DNA from: Myxococcota bacterium
GTDB lineage: Bacteria; Myxococcota_A; UBA9160; JAFDDA01
Reading direction: 5' to 3'
DNA: 64,000 nucleotides
NCBI GenBank assembly: GCA_965228475.1
Contig: OZ245817.1
Span: forward strand, 544,001-608,000
Below are positions 55,317-64,000 of the stretch, piece by piece; within the stretch, counting starts at the first letter, position 1; every line of letters starts with the position of its first letter. The notes below the pieces were generated by a model that saw only the letters and a list, made by a program, of their open reading frames with translations, did not search any database and had not been told where the DNA came from. A program made the position numbers and the translations under genes.

Positions 55317-56135
55317 CTACTCGGCGAGAGGCTTCAGCTTCTCGAGCAGCTCGGCCTGGGAGCCGACCTCGAGCTTCAGGAAGATCCGCTTCAGGTGGTT
55401 GCGGACCGTGTGCGGGCTGATGAACAGCCGGCGCGCGACCGTGGCCACGCGGTAGCCGTTCCGGATCAGCTCGAGCACCTCCTGCTCGCGCGGCGACAGC
55501 ACCGAGAGATCGACGGTCGCCGGCACGGGGCCGGGCGGGCGCGCGACGGGGTCGAGCGGCGTGGGCTGCGCCGGCTCGAGCTGGCCGAGCTCGCGAAGCC
55601 CTTCTCGCAGGACGCGGGAGGTGCCGTCGACGAGCTGGTGGACGGCCGTGGCGTCGATCTCGGGCTGGGGCGTGCGGAACACCTCGTGGACCGTCTGCAC
55701 GTCCTCGTGGAGCTGCGCGAGCCGGCTTCCGAGGGAGCTCATGCTGCGCCGGATGCGGACCTGCCGGACCGCCTCCGCCACGCGCTCCCGGAGCGTCTCG
55801 ATCTCGATGGGTTTCACGAGGTAGGCGAACACCCGGAGGTCGAGGGAGCCCACCGCCGAATCCACCGAAGGGAAGCCCGTCACGACGATCACGGCCGGGC
55901 CGTCGTCCTGCTCGCAGAGGCGCTGCACGAATTCGAGCTGGTGGTTCCCCGGCATGCGGATGTCGGAGATCACCACGTCGAAGGGTTCTTTGTTCAGCCA
56001 CTCCGTGGCTTCGGCGGCGCCCGGTGCCGTCCGGCACTCGTGGCCGAGGCGCGTCAGCATGTCCGAGGTGGGCTCGAGGAAGGCCTGCTCGTCGTCGACG
56101 AGCAACACGCGCCCTGCCTCGTCCACACGCCGCAT
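55317..56135 (-). CDS. Response regulator with REC domain and LuxR-type HTH
   Basis: VLLVDDE, SDIRMPG, YLVKP; LSPREQEVL...LFISPHTVRNHLKRIFLKL. Confidence 0.93.
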   Translation of the reverse strand: MRRVDEAGRVLLVDDEQAFLEPTSDMLTRLGHECRTAPGAAEATEWLNKEPFDVVISDIRMPGNHQLEFVQRLCEQDDGPAVIVVTGFPSVDSAVGSLDLRVFAYLVKPIEIETLRERVAEAVRQVRIRRSMSSLGSRLAQLHEDVQTVHEVFRTPQPEIDATAVHQLVDGTSRVLREGLRELGQLEPAQPTPLDPVARPPGPVPATVDLSVLSPREQEVLELIRNGYRVATVARRLFISPHTVRNHLKRIFLKLEVGSQAELLEKLKPLAE

Positions 56136-56172
56136 CGGGCTCTCCCCCTCGGTCGTCGAGCCTACCATGGCG

Positions 56173-58911
56173 CTACCGGCCCTCCCCGCCGAAATTCGAG
56201 CCATCGCGGGGGATCGCGCGGTCGAGGGCCTCGATCAGCTCCGCCGAAGAGAACGGTTTGCGGACGAAGCCCGCGTGGCCGAGGCCGCCGGCGGTCTCGT
56301 GGAACTCGTTCTCGGCGAAGCCACTCATCAGCAGGACCGGGAGGCCGGGTGAGGTCTCTTGGAGCGCACGGAGGACGTCTTCCCCGGAGAGGCCCGGCAT
56401 GGTCCAGTCGAGCAGGACGGCGCGAATCTCCGCGCCGCGTTCGGCGTGGATCTCGAGGGCTTCGCGGCCCGATGCGGCGCGGAGGGTGCGGTAGCCCGCG
56501 CCCTCCGCGATCCGGGCGACGAGCTTCAGCACCATGGGCTCGTCGTCGACGAGGAGCACGGTTCCCCGCTCGCGCTCTCCTTCGGGTGCGGCGTCCTCGA
56601 GGCGGGGGCGCGTCGCGTCGGTGTTCTCCGTCGAGCCTTCGGGATGGAAGACCGGCAGCAAGACGCGGAAGACGGTTCCGCGGCCGGGCTCGCTCTCGAG
56701 GAAGACCGCGCCGCCGTGGCCGCGAACGATGCCCAGCACCGCGGCCAGGCCGAGGCCCCGGCCGGTGAACTTGGTGCTGAAGAAGGGTTCGAAGATCTTG
56801 CGCTGGGTCTCGAGGGACATGCCGCAGCCGGAATCCTCGACCTGGAGGAAGACGTACTCTCCGGCCGGCGGCGTCTCTTCGAGGTAGCTCTCACGCAGGG
56901 TGTCGGCGTCGGCGTGGCACACCCCGACCCGCACGTGGATCTCGCCGGCTCCCCCTTCGACGGCCTCGGCCGCGTTGGTCATCAGGTTCAGGACGATCTG
57001 CCCGAGCTGGCTGGCATCGCCGCGGGTGTGCGGCAGATCCTCGCCGAAGGTATAGGTGGTCGCGATGCCGCGCAGCGAAGTGCGCAGGAGCGGGGCGATG
57101 CTGCGCACGACCTCGCCGAGATCCACCGGTTCGAGGGCGAGCTCGGCGCGTCCGGCGTAGGCCAGCATCTGGGTGCACAGGGCTGCCGCGCGCCGCGCGG
57201 CCTGGTCGATCTCCTGCACCATGCCTCGCAGGGGAGCGTCGGGGGGCACCTCCTCGAGGGCGAGGCTCGCGTTGCCGAGGACGCCGGTCAGCAGGTTGTT
57301 GAAGTCGTGGGCGATTCCGCCGGCGAGCACACCCAGGCTCTCGAGCTTCTGCGTCTGCTGAACGCGGGTTTGCAGGCGACGGTTCTCGGTGACGTCCTCC
57401 GTCCATCCCGCCGTGCGCACGATCGCACCGCTGGCGTCGCGGATCGCGAACCCGCGCGTCCGCGTCCACAGGACTTCGCCGTCCTCGCGGATGAGCCGGT
57501 AGTTCGACTCGAAGGAACCTTCCCGCGCCAGCTCGGCGATTCCCTGGGCGGCGATCTCCCGGTCTTCAGGGTGGACGTCGTCGAGCCAGGCCATCGGCGT
57601 CTCCTGGATCGTGTCGTCTTCGGGAAAGCCCTCGAGGCGGCGGGTCCGGTAGATCACCTCGCCGGTCTCCCAATCGCACAGCCAGAACATGCCGCCGACG
57701 TGCTCGGCGAGCTGCCGGAAGCGCGCTTCGCTCTCGCGCAGGGCTTCGTGGGCTCGCTTGGCCTCGGTCACGTCCTCGGCGATGCCGGCGATCCGGTAGA
57801 CCTGGCCGGTCGCGTTGCGGATCGGGAAACCCCGGTCGTGGATCCAGCGGAGGTCGCCGTTGGGCCGCATGACGCGGTACTCGACGTCGAAGTCGCCGCG
57901 CGCGGCCTTCTCCTTGAACTCCCCCCAGACGCGCCGCCGGTCTTCGGGGTGGACCGAGTCGATCCAGTGGCGCGAATGGTCGTGAATGGCCTCGATGCCG
58001 TGTCCCCAGATCCGCTCGTAGGCGGGGCTGACGTAGACGACCTGGCGCGCGTCGACGTCGTAGAGCCAGAAGACCTGGTGGATGCTCTCGGCGAGCTGGC
58101 GGAAGCGCTCCTCGCTCTCGGCGAGGGCCGCCGCCGCCCGGCGCTGCTCGGTGACGTCACGGGAGACGGCGAGGATCTCGCGCGGATTTCCGTCGGCGTC
58201 TCGCAGCATGCGGCAGCTCGATTGGAGCCAGCGATCGCTTCCGTCCTGGTGCTTCACGCGGAACTCGAACGTGCGTGGCTCGGTCGAGCGGAAGAGCTCG
58301 CGCGCGTGCCGCGCCCAGTTCGCAAAGTCTTCGGGAAGGATCCAGTCGCGGGGGGGCTCGGTCAGGCTGTCGTGGGGTGAGTAGCCGAGGACGGCTTCGA
58401 TCGAAGGCGATGCGTAGAGCACGCGGCCGTCGAGGGCGTGCCGGGAAATCAGGTCGCTCACGTTCTCCGCGACGATGCGGAACGTCTCGCGCTCCTCGCG
58501 GCTCACCCGCTCGGCTTCGTGCTGCTCCGTGACGTCCTCGCCGGTCCCGGCGAAGTGCGTCGTCGCTCCGCGCTCGTCGACGACGGGCCTCCCGCAAAGC
58601 CGCACCCAGCGCTCGCTGCCGTCTTCGCGGAAGACTCGCACGGTACGCTCGAAACGCTTCTCGGCCGCGAGATCCCGCCGCAGGGCCGGCCGGTGCGTCG
58701 GGTCGACGTTGTCCCACCAGGAGCGGGGTTTCTCCGCGAGGCTCGCACGGGAGCGTCCGGTCAGGGCTTCGTAGGCGGCGTTCACGTGAACGAGGCCGTT
58801 CTCGTAGTCGAACAGCCAGAGGAGGGCATCGACGTTCTCGGCCAGGAGCTGGCCGAGCGCGGGGCGGTCGGGGTGCGGTTCCGTTCCCTTCGTTCCGTTT
58901 CGGGGCGCCAC
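56173..58911 (-). CDS. Cytoplasmic hybrid histidine kinase (four PAS/PAC, HisKA, HATPase, REC)
   Basis: Repeated VHPED/PAC motifs, GGIAHDFNN, NLMTNA, DSGCG, GRGLGL, C-terminal LLVDDE...LLDWTMP. Confidence 0.95.
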   Translation of the reverse strand: MAPRNGTKGTEPHPDRPALGQLLAENVDALLWLFDYENGLVHVNAAYEALTGRSRASLAEKPRSWWDNVDPTHRPALRRDLAAEKRFERTVRVFREDGSERWVRLCGRPVVDERGATTHFAGTGEDVTEQHEAERVSREERETFRIVAENVSDLISRHALDGRVLYASPSIEAVLGYSPHDSLTEPPRDWILPEDFANWARHARELFRSTEPRTFEFRVKHQDGSDRWLQSSCRMLRDADGNPREILAVSRDVTEQRRAAAALAESEERFRQLAESIHQVFWLYDVDARQVVYVSPAYERIWGHGIEAIHDHSRHWIDSVHPEDRRRVWGEFKEKAARGDFDVEYRVMRPNGDLRWIHDRGFPIRNATGQVYRIAGIAEDVTEAKRAHEALRESEARFRQLAEHVGGMFWLCDWETGEVIYRTRRLEGFPEDDTIQETPMAWLDDVHPEDREIAAQGIAELAREGSFESNYRLIREDGEVLWTRTRGFAIRDASGAIVRTAGWTEDVTENRRLQTRVQQTQKLESLGVLAGGIAHDFNNLLTGVLGNASLALEEVPPDAPLRGMVQEIDQAARRAAALCTQMLAYAGRAELALEPVDLGEVVRSIAPLLRTSLRGIATTYTFGEDLPHTRGDASQLGQIVLNLMTNAAEAVEGGAGEIHVRVGVCHADADTLRESYLEETPPAGEYVFLQVEDSGCGMSLETQRKIFEPFFSTKFTGRGLGLAAVLGIVRGHGGAVFLESEPGRGTVFRVLLPVFHPEGSTENTDATRPRLEDAAPEGERERGTVLLVDDEPMVLKLVARIAEGAGYRTLRAASGREALEIHAERGAEIRAVLLDWTMPGLSGEDVLRALQETSPGLPVLLMSGFAENEFHETAGGLGHAGFVRKPFSSAELIEALDRAIPRDGSNFGGEGR

Positions 58912-59007
58912 GAAACTCCCTCGCGACGAGCATAACGTCTGGTTCGGCGTCGAATCCAGAAAACGATCGGCGGCGCGGCGTCCCGTGCGCCACTAGACTG
59001 CCGCCCG

Positions 59008-60387
59008 ATGCGTGCGGACTTTTCTCCCTTCGAGGCCAAGATGCGAGCGGCGGACCTGCCGAGCCTCGCGATCGACACGTTTCGTGCCTACTACGAGCAG
59101 CTGGCCGCGGGAACGACCGGCCTGATCCCCGAGGCCGCGATCGAGCCCATCGAGCCGCTCCCTTCTTCCCAGGATCTCGTGCCCCACGGGGCGGCCGGCA
59201 CGAGCGCGCTCGGCGCGACCGTCGTGATCAAGTTGAACGGCGGTCTGGGCACGGGGATGGGGATGCAGCGAGCGAAGTCGCTGCTGCCCGTGAAGGGCGA
59301 GCTCAGCTTTCTCGACGTGATCGCGCGGCAGGTGGGCGCCCTCCGCGAGCGTGCGGGCGCCCGCTTGCCCCTCGTCCTGATGAACAGCTTCGCGACGCGC
59401 GACGACTCGCTGGCGCATCTCGCGCGCTACGACGCGCTCTCCGCCGATCTGCCCGCGGACTTCCTGCAACACCGCGTGCCGCGCGTGCGGGTCGACGATC
59501 TCTCGCCGGTCGAGTGGCCCGCGGACCCGGAAGCCGAGTGGTGTCCGCCCGGCCATGGTGATCTCTACCCGGCGCTCGTCACCTCGGGCGCGCTCGAGCG
59601 GATGCTCTCGGCCGGCTACCACTACGCCTTCGTCTCGAACTCGGACAACCTCGGCGCCGTGCTCGACCCTTCGATCCTCGGTTTCCTCGTCGAGCGGGAG
59701 CTTCCGTTCCTGATGGAGGTGGCCGACCGGACCGAGGCCGATCGCAAGGGCGGGCATCTCGCGCGCGAGCGCGGGGGCGGGCTCCTGCTCCGCGAGTCGG
59801 CCCAGTGTCCCGACGAGGACCAGGACGCCTTCCAGGACGTCGGCCGGCACCGCTACTTCAACACCAACTCGCTCTGGGTCGATCTGCGTGCGCTCGCCGA
59901 GCGGCTCGAGGCGAGCGGCGGCGTGCTCGGGCTGCCGATGATCCGCAACGAGAAGCACGTCGTCGCGTCGGACCCCGCGACCCCGCGCGTGTACCAGCTC
60001 GAGACGGCGATGGGCGCGGCGCTCTCGGTGTTCCCGGGCGCGGCGGCGCTGCGCGTGCCGCGCCGGCGCTTCGCCCCGGTCAAGGCGACGAGCGATCTCC
60101 TGGTCGTGCGCTCCGATGCCTACGCCCTCGACGCGGGCGCCGAGCTCGTGCCCCAGTGTCCGCCCGAGGCGCTTCCCCGCGTCACGCTCGATGCCGGCTT
60201 CAAGTCCGTCGCGGACTTCGACGCGCGCTTCCCGGCGGGCCCGCCGTCGCTGCGGGCCTGCCGCACGCTCCGGGTCGAGGGGGACGTCGTGTTCGGGGAG
60301 GGCGTCGTCGTCGAGGGCGACGTCGCGGTCCGCGCCGAGCCGGGGGAGACCCATCGCGTGCCCGACGGAGCCCGGCTCCGCGGATAG
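59008..60387 (+). CDS. ugpA: UTP--glucose-1-phosphate uridylyltransferase, eukaryote-like (UGPGP/UgpA family, not GalU)
   Basis: KLNGGLGTGMG, LMNSF, WCPPGHGD, SNSDNLGA, DRKGG, FNTN, LETAMG, RFAPVK, C-terminal beta-helix. Confidence 0.93.
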   Translation: MRADFSPFEAKMRAADLPSLAIDTFRAYYEQLAAGTTGLIPEAAIEPIEPLPSSQDLVPHGAAGTSALGATVVIKLNGGLGTGMGMQRAKSLLPVKGELSFLDVIARQVGALRERAGARLPLVLMNSFATRDDSLAHLARYDALSADLPADFLQHRVPRVRVDDLSPVEWPADPEAEWCPPGHGDLYPALVTSGALERMLSAGYHYAFVSNSDNLGAVLDPSILGFLVERELPFLMEVADRTEADRKGGHLARERGGGLLLRESAQCPDEDQDAFQDVGRHRYFNTNSLWVDLRALAERLEASGGVLGLPMIRNEKHVVASDPATPRVYQLETAMGAALSVFPGAAALRVPRRRFAPVKATSDLLVVRSDAYALDAGAELVPQCPPEALPRVTLDAGFKSVADFDARFPAGPPSLRACRTLRVEGDVVFGEGVVVEGDVAVRAEPGETHRVPDGARLRG

Positions 60388-60399
60388 CGTCGCGCGGGG

Positions 60400-61443
60400 T
60401 CAGTCCATGTCCCAGAAGAAGTCGGCGTTCGTGAGTTCGGCGCCCTTCTCGCCGCCGGCGGCGGGCGCCGCATCGTCGCCGCCACCCGGGGCCGCCTTGC
60501 CTTCGACCAGCTCGACCATCTCTTCGAGGTCGTTCGTCTCCTTCTGCCAGTAGTCCTCGCTGCCGAAGTGAGGGAAGGCGTCCGGGAACGCCGGGTCTTC
60601 CCAGTGGCGCGCGATCCACGCCGCGTAGTGGACGAAGCGCAGGGCCCGCAGCGGTTCGACGAGCTCGAGCCAGCGGTCCTCGAAGGGCCGGAACTCCCGA
60701 TACGCCGCGATGAGCTGTTCGCGCTGGCGGGCGCCGTAGCCGTCGCGGCCGGGCGCGAGCATCCAGACGTCCTGCACCGCCGGGCCGCGCAGCATGTCGT
60801 CGAAGTCGAGGAAGAACCAGCCCTCGCCGCGGTTCAGCAGGTTTCCGAGGTGGCAATCGCCGTGGATGCGGTGGAGCGGAACGTCGGCGCTGCGCTCGCC
60901 GTAGACCCGGGCGACGTGGCGCGTGGCGGCCTGGTAGCGCGCGGCGCAGGAGGGCGGGAGGAAGGCCTCGAGCACGCGCAGGGGCTCCTCGGCGTAGGTC
61001 TCCCCCGAGAGCGTGATCCGCGCCGGAGCCGCGCCCGCCGCGCCGACGTTGTGGATGCGGGCGAGCAGCCGGCCGAGCACGGCGACGTTCTCGTCGGAGA
61101 GTTCGTCGAGGCTGCGTCCGCCCGTCCGGGGCCAGACGGCGTAGTGGATGCCCTCGACCTCGTGGAGGGTCTCCCCGTCGGCGAAGCGGACCGGGGCGCA
61201 GACCGGGATCTCCGCGTCCGCGAGCTCGAAGAGGAAACGATGTTCGGAAAGGATCGCCTCGCGGCTCCAGCGCCCCGGGCGGTAGAACTTGGCGACGACG
61301 TGGCTCTCGTCCTCGAGGCGCAGGTCGTAGACGCGGTTCGCGAGGCTGTTGAGCGCGATGCAGTGGCCGGTCGGCCGGAATCCGCCCGCCTCGACGGCAC
61401 GAAGCACCCAATCGGGGGTCAGGCGGTAGAAGAATTGCGTCAT
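60400..61443 (-). CDS. srkA: Stress-response Ser/Thr kinase SrkA (YihE/RdoA)
   Basis: [49 protein letters not shown]. Confidence 0.93.
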   Translation of the reverse strand: MTQFFYRLTPDWVLRAVEAGGFRPTGHCIALNSLANRVYDLRLEDESHVVAKFYRPGRWSREAILSEHRFLFELADAEIPVCAPVRFADGETLHEVEGIHYAVWPRTGGRSLDELSDENVAVLGRLLARIHNVGAAGAAPARITLSGETYAEEPLRVLEAFLPPSCAARYQAATRHVARVYGERSADVPLHRIHGDCHLGNLLNRGEGWFFLDFDDMLRGPAVQDVWMLAPGRDGYGARQREQLIAAYREFRPFEDRWLELVEPLRALRFVHYAAWIARHWEDPAFPDAFPHFGSEDYWQKETNDLEEMVELVEGKAAPGGGDDAAPAAGGEKGAELTNADFFWDMD

Positions 61444-61524
61444 CCCCGGGTACCATACGCCACTCGTCGACGGCATGTTCCGACGACGTCGTCAGCGAAG
61501 ACTCAATCCTCGGGGGGAAGCGGG

Positions 61525-62487
<963 letters not shown>

Positions 62488-62708
62488 GGAAGGCGCGTCA
62501 CGGAGGGCCGAGTCAGGTGTGGCCTTTTCGACTCATCCCCGGGCCAACGGTAAAAACCTGCCCAAGACCCTGGACAACGGGGGCCGAAATCCTCTAAACC
62601 GAACGCAAGCTTAGCGGGGGGAGCTGCCGTCGTGTTGCGGCTCCCCCACAGCAACGTCCCCCATCGAACCGTCTTTCGCGTTTTTCGATCAGGGAGAGGA
62701 ACACAACG

Positions 62709-63716
62709 ATGCATCGCCGAACTTCGATCCAGCTCTTGGCCGCCTGCGCGCTCGCGCTCCAGGTCACGCCCGCCGTCGCAGACGACATCGGCGGCAGTGG
62801 CTTCACCGTGCCGCCGACCCAGAGCGATTGGCTCTGGGGCGTCGAAGGCCTCGTCCGAACGCCGCTCGACGTCTCGATGGAGTTCGGCGCGATGTTCACG
62901 GGCTACGAGATGAACGCCCGCGTCACCCACGACGACCGCAACGGTGGCGCCGGCACCGTGAACGCCGTCAGCGACACGCTCGAGATCGAGCCCGAGGGCA
63001 TCGAAGGCGGTTTCCGGTTCGCCGGCGGCATCGGCTACTGGAACTGCTGCGTGCTGATCGAGCCCGCCGTCTCCGTGCGCTGGAACCGCGCACTGGGCGA
63101 CAACCGCACGGACGATTCGCCGCGCGCCTTCGACCCGAGCGACGCGAACGAGTTCTCCTTCGTCGAGGTCGAGTACCTCCACGGTTGGGACGTCGCCGTC
63201 GGTCCGCAGATGACCTGGATGGTCCAGGACTCGACGCCGCTCATCGGTGGCATCCTCGGCGGGCTTCCGCTGGTCTTCTTCCCCTACCTCGGTGTCACCC
63301 ACACGAACTACGACGCGGAGTTCATCTTCCGCGACAACGGCGTGCTGGCCGGGGCCGTCGACCGGAACTTCGAAGACGACAACTTCATGGTCGGCTTCGA
63401 CCTGGACATTCCGCTGCCCGGTTCCCACTGGAACTTCACCCACGCGCTCACCTTCGCCTTCCGCTGGAACAACGGCGGCGACTCGAGCGACCACGACTTC
63501 GGCGGCTTCGCGCCGGATACGCCGGGCATTCCGCCGGCGTTCCTGAACGTGGGCGGCACGGCGCGGGCGGACAGCTGCAACGGCAACTTCGGCAACGACC
63601 AGGTCTGCTTCAACCTCGACCGCGCGGACGGCTGGCGCATCGGCCTGCTCTACCGCGTGACCTGGAACGATTTCGAGGGCTTCTTCAAGCGGGTGGTGTT
63701 CGGCCCGGTGGAGTAA
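62709..63716 (+). CDS. Hypothetical exported protein, possibly an outer-membrane beta-barrel
   Basis: Signal peptide ending AVA-DD; alternating amphipathic strands rich in G/F/W/D; GGAGAGGA SD; followed by a terminator. Confidence 0.7.
   Translation: MHRRTSIQLLAACALALQVTPAVADDIGGSGFTVPPTQSDWLWGVEGLVRTPLDVSMEFGAMFTGYEMNARVTHDDRNGGAGTVNAVSDTLEIEPEGIEGGFRFAGGIGYWNCCVLIEPAVSVRWNRALGDNRTDDSPRAFDPSDANEFSFVEVEYLHGWDVAVGPQMTWMVQDSTPLIGGILGGLPLVFFPYLGVTHTNYDAEFIFRDNGVLAGAVDRNFEDDNFMVGFDLDIPLPGSHWNFTHALTFAFRWNNGGDSSDHDFGGFAPDTPGIPPAFLNVGGTARADSCNGNFGNDQVCFNLDRADGWRIGLLYRVTWNDFEGFFKRVVFGPVE

Positions 63717-64000
<284 letters not shown>

Noticed and set aside
62540..62700. Known riboswitch (for example c-di-GMP or purine-related) upstream of the exported protein
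   Set aside because: Hairpins are present but I could not match any known consensus. An Rfam scan is needed.

Overview
This is a very GC-rich, densely coding bacterial chromosome segment with about 60 CDS. It is probably from a diderm, since it encodes an RND efflux pair, a PqiA/MCE lipid transporter, DUF1329 proteins and lipoproteins; a Myxococcota/deltaproteobacteria-like origin is only an inference. Most genes are lipid/aromatic-type catabolic enzymes (6 classical SDRs, LLM oxidoreductase, P450, 2 acyl-CoA ligases, 2 CaiB CoA-transferases, ALDH, ADH, esterase), regulators (3 TetR, ArsR, 2 histidine kinases, a REC-LuxR regulator, an adenylate cyclase) or housekeeping genes (dps, DAHP synthase, cbpA/cbpM, srkA, purC, eukaryote-type UGPase, ilvC). 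I saw no rRNA, tRNA, CRISPR array or mobile element. The strongest unannotated signal is a 23-codon leader peptide (MSDRAFQTDFYFAWFRPGRGKSV, 31865-31936) with Phe, Tyr and Trp control codons. It is followed by mutually exclusive pause, antiterminator and terminator hairpins directly upstream of DAHP synthase, which suggests an attenuator sensing all three aromatic amino acids. Other candidates: pervasive leaderless-gene signatures, a zincin peptidase + atypical ATP-grasp ligase + cyclase operon, a heme-c beta-propeller coupled to a PQQ lipoprotein, a putative hydrolase-like/GT-B fusion, a four-MCE LetB-like protein, a tandem desulforedoxin-like small protein inside an uncharacterised CoA cluster, and a probable CTG start codon. 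All functional calls come from motif recognition by eye; no database searches were run.
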